From positions 1 to 64,000 of the forward strand of contig JBDRCC010000020.1 in the NCBI GenBank assembly GCA_043822065.1: DNA of 64,000 nt, in the 5' to 3' direction. The DNA is from an archaeon (GTDB lineage Archaea > Undinarchaeota > CAZHTU01 > JBDRCC01). Shown one piece after another: positions 8,651-17,351 of the stretch. The first letter of the stretch is position 1; each line of letters starts with the position of its first letter. The notes below the pieces were generated by a model. The model saw nothing but the letters and a program-made list of their open reading frames with translations, was not told the origin of the DNA and ran no database searches. A program made the position numbers and the translations under genes.

Positions 8651-10324
8651 CTACTGCCTGCCGAAGAACTCAAGCACGTTCTGGATAAGCCTCAGGAAGC
8701 TCTGGGTCTCGACCGCCAGCGGCTTTTCGACCTGCACCGTCTCACGCGCCCTTTCCTCTATTACGTATCCGTTCGCCTCAAGGTCGAACTCAGCATATTC
8801 CTTTGCCATCAGCCCGAAAGCGCACGCCTCGCGCGTGTTGTTCTCAAAGAATGCTATTTTCGCCTCCCCGAGGTACTGCTCAGCCCAGAAGCCAAGCCCC
8901 TTTTCCATTGCGGCTGAGACGTACCCTTCCGCCTCTGCAACCCTTCTCTTTGCGTCCTCATCCATCTCCTTGCCGTCGCCTATGCAGAATGCCCGCGCCT
9001 TTGCGTTTATCGCGTCATACCCCATCTCATAGTACCATCCCTGGCGCCTGTCATATTCCGCAGCGCTTGCTATATGGGTCGAGTCATACGGGTCCTGGTT
9101 CAGGACGAAATCCGCGGCAATCTCCTCCTTTGCCTCTTCGAGCCGCATTTCCGCAAGGTGGGCAAGCTGCGAGGAGAACTCAACTCGTTCCCCGCCAACA
9201 TTGTCAAGGAACCTTGCCGAGATGTCAAGCCAGCCGTCAGCAGCCTCAAGCCCTGCGGCATCCTCCGTTCCCGAAAGCCTTTGAATCCAAATCTCGCTCA
9301 GGGTCCAGGAATACCTCTCCCTTCCGGCGACAAGCATCGGAAGAGGCTCGGAGTATCCTGCAGGCATCTCCAGCGCCTCGGCCTTCAGCCGCACCCTTTC
9401 CTTCAGCTCTCCCGTGCCAAACTCCTCGCCCCCGTATGTCCTGGCGTCAATCAGCGCTTTGAACGCCCTGTTTGCGGCGGAATACGGGTACCCCATCCCG
9501 AGGTATTTTTCTGCGCTAGCGATATTATCCTCAATCAGCTGCCGGTCCTCCCCCTCCGGCATGCCGGCCGCAATCCCGCGCGCCTCCTCTGCGAATTCCC
9601 GCGCGACGCTGGCAAGCGGCTCCTCGCCCTTCCCAATCTCACGCGGCTCGAGCGAAATTTTTGTAGCCTCCCGCGGTCTGTACGGCTCCGGTGCAAACGC
9701 TATTTTCGCAAGCTCACCAATCGTCCCGACCTCAACGACCTCCAACCCCCAGTGCTGGCGCGCATACCGCTCAATGTCTATGACTACCTTTTCCTCAACA
9801 AGCACCGGCTTGCCGTCGTCCTCCCTGACGAAGGGCGCAACAGCCTCGACGCCGAGCTGGCCGGCAGGGACTATGAACAGCCCGTATCCCTTGGACGGGT
9901 AGAGCTTCTCAAGGATTCCTGAGACCTGGAGCACCTTTCCATCCTCGCCTATGCCGCCGGTCATTATGATGTCGTCCCTTATCCTCCTGCCCTGGAGCTT
10001 TGCTATTGTCTCAAGCGCCATCGCGGCGCCCGCGCTCCCGCCCTCGACGGTGGTCGCATTTGCGTAGAAAGTATAAATAATGTCCCGCATGCCGAGCTCC
10101 TGCCCGGTGTAGTTCAGGGCGGCTTCGGCTGCAATCCTGCCAGAGTACTGGGTGTCTATCCCTGCAAACGGCGCGCTTGCAATCAGGACCCTGCCCTTGC
10201 CTGGGACAATCTCAGCCTCAACTTGGAGCACAACCCCGTTCCGCTTGTTGTCTATCGCGGCAACGTTTACCGCCGCCACAGGGCACACAAGAACAAGCAC
10301 CATCAAAATATACGCCAGCCGCAT
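8651..10324 (-). CDS. Secreted Lon-type (S16) serine protease without ATPase domain
   Basis: Signal peptide; VEGGSAGAAM (Ser) and GILEK (Lys) dyad; MTGGI. Confidence 0.85.
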   Translation of the reverse strand: MRLAYILMVLVLVCPVAAVNVAAIDNKRNGVVLQVEAEIVPGKGRVLIASAPFAGIDTQYSGRIAAEAALNYTGQELGMRDIIYTFYANATTVEGGSAGAAMALETIAKLQGRRIRDDIIMTGGIGEDGKVLQVSGILEKLYPSKGYGLFIVPAGQLGVEAVAPFVREDDGKPVLVEEKVVIDIERYARQHWGLEVVEVGTIGELAKIAFAPEPYRPREATKISLEPREIGKGEEPLASVAREFAEEARGIAAGMPEGEDRQLIEDNIASAEKYLGMGYPYSAANRAFKALIDARTYGGEEFGTGELKERVRLKAEALEMPAGYSEPLPMLVAGRERYSWTLSEIWIQRLSGTEDAAGLEAADGWLDISARFLDNVGGERVEFSSQLAHLAEMRLEEAKEEIAADFVLNQDPYDSTHIASAAEYDRRQGWYYEMGYDAINAKARAFCIGDGKEMDEDAKRRVAEAEGYVSAAMEKGLGFWAEQYLGEAKIAFFENNTREACAFGLMAKEYAEFDLEANGYVIEERARETVQVEKPLAVETQSFLRLIQNVLEFFGRQ

Positions 10325-10361
10325 GCTACCACTAATGTCTAAAAACTTTATTAACTAACCG

Positions 10362-11678
10362 CTAAAACAGTGCCCCCCAATATGCAGCCGCAAACATGAC
10401 CAGCAGGCAGGCGGAAATCAGGCTCATCACAATCCCTGACCTCATCATCTGCCTCATGCTTACCTCGCCGGAGCCGTAGGCGAGCGCGTTCGGCGGCGTC
10501 GAGACCGGAAGAACGAACGCCAGGCTTGCGGCCACCCCACCGATGAGCATGACCGGGGCTCCGAACTCCCCTGCGACCCTTGCCAGTATCGGCACCGTCA
10601 GGACGGCGGCGGCGGTATTGCTCGTGAACGTCGTCAGCACAATCACGAAAAGCGCAACAGAAAGGTACAGGAGCGCGGTGGAGCCGCCAATCCCTCCAAT
10701 CAGCAGGCTTGCCATGTAGTCCGCCCCCCCGCTTTCTACGAGGACGGAGCCGAGGGAAAGCCCGCCGCCCATCAGGAGCAGGATGTCCCAGTTTATCTCC
10801 CTGAGGTCGGAGGTGTCGAGCAGCCGGAACATGTAGAGCATTGTGGCGCCAAGCAGCCCGACGATGCCGTAATTTATGCCGTGAGCCGACTCAGTCAGCC
10901 AGAGGAGGAAGACAACCGCCATCGTCAGGATGGTATAAGCCTCCTTCGAGCCCATCCTGCCGAGGTCCTCAAGCGACCTGAGGCAGTGCGCCACCTGCCG
11001 CCTCTCTATGTTGTGCGGGTTCAGCCGGATGACTGCAAACCAAAGGATGAAAAGCAGAATCACCCCGAACGGCACCGTCGCAAGCGACCACTGGTAAAAG
11101 CTTATGCCGGCGCTCTCCGCGGCTATCGCGTTTGGCGGGCTCCCGACGAGCGTCATCAGCCCCCCGATGCTTGCCGAGAACGCTATGCCAAGTATGACTG
11201 CTGCGGAAAACGGCTTGCCCTTCTGCCCGAGGCTCCTGACTATCGAAATGCCTACCGGAATCATCAGCACGGCCGCGGCAGTGTTGTTCATGAACGCGCT
11301 GAGCGCGGCTGTCGTTATCATCAGCCCTAGAATAATATACTCAGACCTCTCGCCCATAGCTCCGAGGACATGGTTCGCAAACCTCCTGTCCAGCCCGTAC
11401 TTGCCCACCGCCCTAGCAAGAAGGAAGCCGCCGAGGAAAAGTGCTATCACCGGGGAAAAAAACGGGCTTAGCGCGTCAGTTGGGCTGAGCAGCCCGAGGA
11501 CTGACGCCAGCACCGGCACCAGCATCGCAGTAACATAGAGCGGGAATACCTCCGCAACCCAGAAAACCGCCGCAAGCACCGTTATCCCTATGCCGAATTT
11601 TGTGTTAGTGCCCACCGGCAGGAAGTACGTCAGCGCGAATCCAGCAACCCCGAGAATGAATCCAATCAGCCGTTTCAT
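10362..11678 (-). CDS. SLC13/DASS family anion transporter
   Basis: MNNTA and TSNTA motifs, GSPPNA and STPPNA, INWDILLLMGGGLSLG. Confidence 0.92.
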   Translation of the reverse strand: MKRLIGFILGVAGFALTYFLPVGTNTKFGIGITVLAAVFWVAEVFPLYVTAMLVPVLASVLGLLSPTDALSPFFSPVIALFLGGFLLARAVGKYGLDRRFANHVLGAMGERSEYIILGLMITTAALSAFMNNTAAAVLMIPVGISIVRSLGQKGKPFSAAVILGIAFSASIGGLMTLVGSPPNAIAAESAGISFYQWSLATVPFGVILLFILWFAVIRLNPHNIERRQVAHCLRSLEDLGRMGSKEAYTILTMAVVFLLWLTESAHGINYGIVGLLGATMLYMFRLLDTSDLREINWDILLLMGGGLSLGSVLVESGGADYMASLLIGGIGGSTALLYLSVALFVIVLTTFTSNTAAAVLTVPILARVAGEFGAPVMLIGGVAASLAFVLPVSTPPNALAYGSGEVSMRQMMRSGIVMSLISACLLVMFAAAYWGALF

Positions 11679-11978
11679 CTATGCCTTCCTGTAATACACC
11701 TTCTTGCCGCGCCTTACCTTCTGGACAAGCCCCATCTCATACAGCCTTTTGCACGCCTGGACCGCGGCCGCGCGGGAGGTGTTCCGCTTATTTGCTATGT
11801 CCTCCGCAGTCAGCTCCTCCACTTCAAGCAGCTCAAGGACCGCTTCCGTCATCCCGGTCATCTCCTTCCGCGAAATCCCCTCGAGCAGGATGCCAAGCCG
11901 CCTGTAAAAGTCGTCGAGCTCCTCGTGCACCGCCTGCTTCACAAGCAATTTTAACCTGAGTTCGTCGGCCCTATTCAT
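11679..11978 (-). CDS. Winged-helix DNA-binding protein
   Basis: LTAEDIA...SRAAAVQACKRLYEMGLVQKVRRGKKVYY. Confidence 0.75.
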   Translation of the reverse strand: MNRADELRLKLLVKQAVHEELDDFYRRLGILLEGISRKEMTGMTEAVLELLEVEELTAEDIANKRNTSRAAAVQACKRLYEMGLVQKVRRGKKVYYRKA

Positions 11979-12282
11979 TCCCGTCAAACAGCCCTATCTT
12001 CTCGTGCCTCCAGAGTATCATCAGGAGGATTGCGACCGAGAGCAGGGCGTATGCCTTGTCAATCAGCCCGCCAAGAAGCATCTTCGTGAGCGTTATGTTG
12101 TCAAGCACGTTGAGTATGAGATAGCAGGTCAATCCCCCGAACAGCTCAAGGAAGAAGTCGTCGCGCCTCTCCTTGAAGCCGGAGAACGTCAGGAATACGA
12201 GCGCGGTGTATATCCCGTACGTGAAAAACAGGAGGGGTATCCTGAGCTGCGCGAGTATCGCGACTATCGCCTCAGCGTGCAT
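11971..12282 (-). CDS. Small membrane protein
   Basis: Three hydrophobic segments; overlapping operon arrangement. Confidence 0.6.
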   Translation of the reverse strand: MHAEAIVAILAQLRIPLLFFTYGIYTALVFLTFSGFKERRDDFFLELFGGLTCYLILNVLDNITLTKMLLGGLIDKAYALLSVAILLMILWRHEKIGLFDGNE

Positions 12283-12526
12283 GAGTGTACCTCCAGTAGT
12301 ACAGCCCGAACACAGGCAGGAGAAGTATCCCTGTCAGCTCAAGGTAGTGCTGGAAGAAAAGGGAGCCGAGGTACCTTGACAGGTCGAACATCGCATACAC
12401 GAGCGCGATTATCGAAAGAACATACGTGAGCTCGCGGTACATCTTTTTTTTCGAGCTCCTGGCGTGCATGAAAAGTACCGCGCTTGTTGCGAGCATGCTC
12501 GCGAAGGCTATCAGCAGCACAACCAT
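12272..12526 (-). CDS. Small membrane protein
   Basis: Three hydrophobic segments; first gene of the minus-strand operon. Confidence 0.6.
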   Translation of the reverse strand: MVVLLIAFASMLATSAVLFMHARSSKKKMYRELTYVLSIIALVYAMFDLSRYLGSLFFQHYLELTGILLLPVFGLYYWRYTHAR

Positions 12527-12606
12527 AGCCTAACTAATCCACCGCTATTTAAATATTTTACACGAAAACAAGGTTTATTTATGACTTTTACTATAGTATT
12601 TCTCTA

Positions 12607-13122
12607 ATGGAGCTTTCAATAGTCCCAGTGGGGACTGTCCCAAACGCGCTGCTCAACCACCTGAAATACGCCCTTCCCGAGCACATCGGCTTTGAGAAGG
12701 TAACTCGGGAGCGCGACCTTCCCCTGCCGAGCACCTACGACGGGCCGAGGAAGCAGTACTGCGCAAGGGGCTTTTTCTCGCTGCCAATAGAATCCAGGGC
12801 AGGCATCAGCCTTCTCGTGACTGACGTCGACATATTCATCGAGCCGCTGGAATACGTCTTCGGCCACTACCAGGGCAGGACTGCCCTAGTTTCAGTGCGC
12901 CGGCTCAGCCCAGCGTTTACCGGCGCCGACAACCCGGAATCCCTCCGGACGCGCTCCTTAAACCACTCCCTCCACGAGATAGGCCATGCACTCGGGCTTG
13001 GCCACTGCAAAAAAGGCTGCGTAATGCGGCTTTCGCCAAGCGTCGTATCCCTGGACAGCCGCCCCATTGGCTACTGCCCGTCCTGCAAGAAACAAATAAA
13101 CAAGAGCCTTAAGAAAAAATAG
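12607..13122 (+). CDS. amzA: Archaemetzincin (peptidase M54)
   Basis: HEIGHALGLGHC...CVM...CPSC signature. Confidence 0.88.
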   Translation: MELSIVPVGTVPNALLNHLKYALPEHIGFEKVTRERDLPLPSTYDGPRKQYCARGFFSLPIESRAGISLLVTDVDIFIEPLEYVFGHYQGRTALVSVRRLSPAFTGADNPESLRTRSLNHSLHEIGHALGLGHCKKGCVMRLSPSVVSLDSRPIGYCPSCKKQINKSLKKK

Positions 13123-13138
13123 CCAATCCGCCAGCCGC

Positions 13139-13774
13139 CTATTTTTCCACGACTATGCAGCAGTGGTCCCTCTCGTACGGTTCGAGCTCCAGCGACTCTT
13201 TCACCTTCAGCTCCTTTGCGACCTTCCCCTGCACCCTGCTGTAGACATCCTTGGGCTCCATCACGACGTCAACGCTCCGCGCCTTGACCATCAGCACGCC
13301 GCTGCCGCCGCCCCGCAGGAATTTTTTGCAGTTTGAAATGAATATTTCGCCCTGGTTCTTCTGCGCAACGTCCTGGTACACCACATCGACCATCCCGACG
13401 TAGGCATACTCCTCCGGGAAGTTCGCGTCCGCGAGAATTGGCACCATGTTCTTCCTCCGCTCGCACACCTCTATCAGCTCGCGCATCGTCCGCGCTGAGA
13501 ATTCAACGCAGTATACGACCCCTTCCTTCCCGACGACGTCGCTGAAGTGCGAGGCGGTCGTCCCGTTTCCGGCGCCCAGGTAAAGAATCTTGTCGCGCGG
13601 CTTCACTGGGAACGCCTTCAGCCCGCAGAGTATCGCCGCTGCAGGCTTCGACCTGCGGGGGTTCCATGTCCTGTACGCCCCGACAAACTTTTCGCTGTAA
13701 ACCTGCTTGTTGTCCAGAGCCTTTGTCAGAATCCCCTGCTCAGACTTGAAAACTCCCGGAAAAATCTCAATCAT
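13139..13774 (-). CDS. flpA: Fibrillarin-like rRNA/tRNA 2'-O-methyltransferase
   Basis: WNPRRSK, LYLGAGNGTTASH, YQDVAQ, LEPYERDH. Confidence 0.96.
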   Translation of the reverse strand: MIEIFPGVFKSEQGILTKALDNKQVYSEKFVGAYRTWNPRRSKPAAAILCGLKAFPVKPRDKILYLGAGNGTTASHFSDVVGKEGVVYCVEFSARTMRELIEVCERRKNMVPILADANFPEEYAYVGMVDVVYQDVAQKNQGEIFISNCKKFLRGGGSGVLMVKARSVDVVMEPKDVYSRVQGKVAKELKVKESLELEPYERDHCCIVVEK

Positions 13775-14520
13775 CTTATGTTTTTGAGCCGCTGTTTGTA
13801 TTTCTCAATTAGCGCGCTGTTAATGGCTGGGTTTGCATAGTCAATCCTCGCCGCTATGGCAAGCTTTGCAGCCAGCATCCTTGCAATCCTTCCCCGCTTC
13901 GGCTTGTCGGCTCCGTGGATCGCGTCAACCTGGAATATAACGCCGTACTTCGGCGGATTCGCCCCGGTCTTCAGGTGCCTGAACAGCGCCTTTTCAGCCC
14001 CGAGGACCTGTATCGTCGAGGAGGGCATCCTCGCAAGGTTCTCGAGCGAGCCTGCGAGCTTTATCAGCCGCGCGCCGACGGTCGGGCCGGCGAGCTCGCT
14101 TATGTTCGGCGCCAGCCGCTTCATGCTCTTGTCGACGTACTTCTCGATGTCGTCCCTCAGCTTGTACATCTCAAGGGCCTGCCCAGCGTACCTCCGTATT
14201 ATCTTGTACTCGTCCTCGCCAAGCTCCGCGCCGACGCTCTTTTCCGCCATGTTTTTTATCTTCCTGTCCTCAATCTCGGTCCGCGGGCCTGCGAAGGCGT
14301 ACTCTGAATACTTCCTGTGGTCCTTCACCACGGAGTCCAGCTCCGGGAAGTGCAGGGAATACCACTCCCTGAGCCTCTCGACAAAGACGTTCACGTCCTT
14401 GTCCACATCGTCGAGCGCGGAAATCGCCTGGATTACCTGGGCGTCCTTCTTCGCAAAGCTCTTCCTGAGCCCCTTTCTTGCGTCGGCAAAAGCCTTTTGC
14501 CTGATTTCCTCAAGGTTCAT
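13771..14520 (-). CDS. nop5: C/D box sRNP protein Nop5 (Nop56/58 homolog)
   Basis: RLREWYSLHFPEL, PSSTIQVLGAEKALFRHLK, PPKYG. Confidence 0.96.
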   Translation of the reverse strand: MNLEEIRQKAFADARKGLRKSFAKKDAQVIQAISALDDVDKDVNVFVERLREWYSLHFPELDSVVKDHRKYSEYAFAGPRTEIEDRKIKNMAEKSVGAELGEDEYKIIRRYAGQALEMYKLRDDIEKYVDKSMKRLAPNISELAGPTVGARLIKLAGSLENLARMPSSTIQVLGAEKALFRHLKTGANPPKYGVIFQVDAIHGADKPKRGRIARMLAAKLAIAARIDYANPAINSALIEKYKQRLKNIR

Positions 14521-14562
14521 TTCGCCAACTTTATAAATCTCCGCCTATATAAAGAAGACGCC

Positions 14563-14829
14563 GTGGGCAACATCAAACAGAGCTTCATCAAGAATGCGGG
14601 GAAGAATCTCATCAGCCAGCACGCTGCGGAGTTCAGCAAGGACTTTTCCCAGAACAAGCTGATTGTCTCGAAATACATCGAGGCGAACAAGGTCCTGCGC
14701 AACAAGGTAGCCGGGTACATCACCCGCAAGATGAAGACAAAGGACAGGCCGCCATCAAAGGTCTACATCCAGAAGGCGATTGAGAAGCGCGCAAAGAGCA
14801 CTGTGCGGCGCAGGCAGCCACGTTTTTAA
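14563..14829 (+). CDS. rps17e: 30S ribosomal protein S17e
   Basis: GTG start, GNIKQSFIK...FSKDFSQNK...LRNKVAGYITR. Confidence 0.92.
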   Translation: MGNIKQSFIKNAGKNLISQHAAEFSKDFSQNKLIVSKYIEANKVLRNKVAGYITRKMKTKDRPPSKVYIQKAIEKRAKSTVRRRQPRF

Positions 14830-14891
14830 ACATCAGAAAAACTGCGTTTTTCCGATACCTTTTCCCTATGCGGACAGCCAAGCTTTTAAAC
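14815..14891. repeat. Imperfect duplication of the rps17e 3' end around a hairpin
   Basis: cagccacgtttttaaac (14815-14831) vs cagccaagcttttaaac (14875-14891); hairpin atcagaaaaa-ctgcg-tttttccgat (14832-14856). Confidence 0.55.
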
Positions 14892-14912
14892 TCCTGAACC
14901 CACCGGCATTTT

Positions 14913-15470
14913 ATGGAAAGCGGGAGAGGGTATTTTTCACTTTTTTCAGCCATAGGCATCGTCCTGATGGCGTACTTCCTTTTCTCAGTCTACTCCTTGC
15001 ACACCTCCATCCTTTCTGAGGGCCGCTCTACGTCAATCCTCCTCGACCGGCTCTACACCTCGAGGAAAGGCGCGGAAACACTTTTTTGGGAGGCTGCGCT
15101 CGTCAAGGATTCCAACGATGAAAAGATGCTTTCCTGGGAAGCCGCCCTCGAGAACGATCAGATAAGCACCGCAGCATGGGTCGGCGACGCGATAAACTCC
15201 TCTGCCCTCTCCTGCAACCTCTCCGCAATGCAGCTCCAGCACGGGGGGACTGACCTCAGCGATAGGGTTGACGATTCCCCTAATAAAACCTACGAATTCG
15301 TTGACTGCCTCGCCCCGCCGCTTTCGGGCCAAGAGGATTCAATCCAGGTCCATCCGTGCAACGTCTCAGGCATCCCCGCCTTCGCCGCCGTCATCTGTTT
15401 CAAAAGCCCGGAAGCAGCCACCTATTTCGCGGCAAACAGCGGCGACCTCAAATCCATACCCACAACCTGA
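14913..15470 (+). CDS. Pilus-associated protein with class III-like N-terminus
   Basis: MESGRG/YFSLFSAIGIVLMAYFLF. Confidence 0.55.
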   Translation: MESGRGYFSLFSAIGIVLMAYFLFSVYSLHTSILSEGRSTSILLDRLYTSRKGAETLFWEAALVKDSNDEKMLSWEAALENDQISTAAWVGDAINSSALSCNLSAMQLQHGGTDLSDRVDDSPNKTYEFVDCLAPPLSGQEDSIQVHPCNVSGIPAFAAVICFKSPEAATYFAANSGDLKSIPTT

Positions 15471-15822
15471 GGGTATACACATCGTTCCCGGAAAAAAACA
15501 TCCGCTCGGCAGATACCCTCTCCCCCACCCTCTGGTTATACCCTATTCCCATTTCCACTATGCTAAACCCGAATTCATACTGCGGGCTCAGCAGCCCCAA
15601 CTTTTTCTTAATTTCGCCCTGGATGCAGCTTTCATCATACTTGCATCCCTGGACCATCCCATCTCTTACAATCCTCACTAGCACGTCGTTCGCATGCAGC
15701 TCCATCAACCTGTAGTTCGGCCCGGCCTGCGGCTCCGGCGTCATGGTCGCGAGCATTATTATGAACACTACCGCGAGGAAAACCGGCTCCATTAGGTACA
15801 TCAGCCCCCTAGTAGACCGCAA
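15448..15822 (-). CDS. Minor pilin-like protein (start uncertain)
   Basis: RSTRG/LMYLMEPVFLAVVFIIML. Confidence 0.6.
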   Translation of the reverse strand: MRSTRGLMYLMEPVFLAVVFIIMLATMTPEPQAGPNYRLMELHANDVLVRIVRDGMVQGCKYDESCIQGEIKKKLGLLSPQYEFGFSIVEMGIGYNQRVGERVSAERMFFSGNDVYTLRLWVWI

Positions 15823-16339
15823 CCGTAAGCACCGCATCCTGCTCCACACCCCCAACCTGCACGCCAACAAGCCGCTTCACGACAGCCCGATTATCCGCAT
15901 CAGGAAGCCTGTCAAGGTACTCCATCCCGCCAGCCTCAATCCCGACCGACAGGTTGTACTTCCCAAGCCCGTACATCTCCCGCACCTTGTCCCTGCCTGC
16001 TTTCAGCATTTCATCAAGCGCGTTTACCTTGCCAATGTCCAGCACCCGTTCTTCTACCGATTTACTTTCCCAGTCGTAATGCGCAAGCCCCGGGTGGTAA
16101 ACGTCCTGAGCCGTCCAGTCCACCCCCGTTTGGCTATACCCTGGATTGTGCACAAGGTCATTCGACACGGTGACCGCAATCTCCTCCATCACCACTCTCC
16201 TGTGCGCCTCGGAAACAGCCTCCGCGCTCCCTGCCAGGTATGCCAGCGCGACAAACACTAGCCAGAGCGACGCCACAAGCCCGACCATGGCGGAAAGGCT
16301 ACTCTGCCCTGACCGTGACCGAACCGTTGGCATTTTCAA
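15809..16339 (-). CDS. Minor pilin-like protein
   Basis: RSRSG/QSSLSAMVGLVASLWLVFVALAYL. Confidence 0.65.
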   Translation of the reverse strand: MKMPTVRSRSGQSSLSAMVGLVASLWLVFVALAYLAGSAEAVSEAHRRVVMEEIAVTVSNDLVHNPGYSQTGVDWTAQDVYHPGLAHYDWESKSVEERVLDIGKVNALDEMLKAGRDKVREMYGLGKYNLSVGIEAGGMEYLDRLPDADNRAVVKRLVGVQVGGVEQDAVLTVAVY

Positions 16340-16679
16340 TTCTCACCACCCCGCTATACGCCTTATCCTCGGCAGAGACGTTCCCGAAAACCCGTTTCGA
16401 AACCTCCGCCCCGCCCCGCTTCATAGTCAGCTCAGTCCCATTCGACTCAAGGGTAAAGTTGCTCACTTCCAGCCGGAGGCTCACTACGTTCCCGTCGCCG
16501 AGGAAGTGCACCCCGCCGGCGGCATTCGCAATTTTCGTTAGCTCAAGGTTCATTTTCGCCTTCGAGCCGAAGTGCTCCTCCTTCTCGCTGAATCTTATGT
16601 ATATCCCCCCGAAGGCTGCGATTATCATGGCGGAAGCCGCCAGGACCATCATTGCCTCGAGGGCAGCCTGCGCCCTCAT
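16299..16679 (-). CDS. Class III signal peptide pilin (QxxxE type)
   Basis: MRA/QAALEAMMVLAASAMIIAAF. Confidence 0.75.
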   Translation of the reverse strand: MRAQAALEAMMVLAASAMIIAAFGGIYIRFSEKEEHFGSKAKMNLELTKIANAAGGVHFLGDGNVVSLRLEVSNFTLESNGTELTMKRGGAEVSKRVFGNVSAEDKAYSGVVRIENANGSVTVRAE

Positions 16680-16682
16680 GCC

Positions 16683-16874
16683 CTATTTGGCAAGCTCTGC
16701 CAAGGCGCCATTCAGCTGGCTTGCCGCAGTCTTGTTCAGCTCTAACGCCGCGCCCTTCGCAAACCCGACGGCTATCGACGCGACGGCTATCCCCACCGCG
16801 AGCATCATCAGCGTTACCAGCGCGCCGGAGACCGCCCTTGATGCCATCAGCCTTGTCCTGAGTATTTTCCACAT
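16683..16874 (-). CDS. Short major pilin-like protein
   Basis: SRA/VSGALVTLMMLAVGIAVASIAVGF followed by an amphipathic helix. Confidence 0.7.
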   Translation of the reverse strand: MWKILRTRLMASRAVSGALVTLMMLAVGIAVASIAVGFAKGAALELNKTAASQLNGALAELAK

Positions 16875-16970
16875 ACTGCCCACCTCAAACTTCCGGCGGG
16901 TTCGCTTGCTTATAAATCTTCCCATAACAAGATATTTAAACAACGGAACTTTTCTCTAATTGGAGGTAAC

Positions 16971-17306
16971 ATGGCACTAATAGTCGAAGGAGCCGCAATG
17001 GCTTTGACCCTTTTCGTCATCGGCGTACTGGCGAACTATTCCGGAATCGTGAAGAAGGCAGAGAAAGGCTTTGAGTTTATCATCGCCGGAGCTTTCCTGT
17101 ACATCTTCACCGCCGCTCTCCAGTACACTCTGACATTCAGGGTTGCTGGTGTCTACATCGTGGAGCTCAGCACAACTTTCGGCATACTGATGGCGCTTGT
17201 CGCAATGGCTTCGAGCCTGCTTGCGCTGTTCTGCGTCCTTATGGGCGCGCTGTATGCTGTCGAGGAGCTCAGCCAGCAGCACGCAAAGCGATCCGGGAAG
17301 CGATAG
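16971..17306 (+). CDS. Hypothetical membrane protein
   Basis: 3 TM segments; GGAGGT RBS upstream. Confidence 0.7.
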   Translation: MALIVEGAAMALTLFVIGVLANYSGIVKKAEKGFEFIIAGAFLYIFTAALQYTLTFRVAGVYIVELSTTFGILMALVAMASSLLALFCVLMGALYAVEELSQQHAKRSGKR

Positions 17307-17351
17307 GCGGCATTGCAGCATTGGGGCATCATTTCAGGTTGCCCTCGCATA

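Noticed and set aside
14317-14562. N-terminal extension of S17e
   Set aside because: It is antisense to nop5, and the GTG at 14563 follows a TATA box
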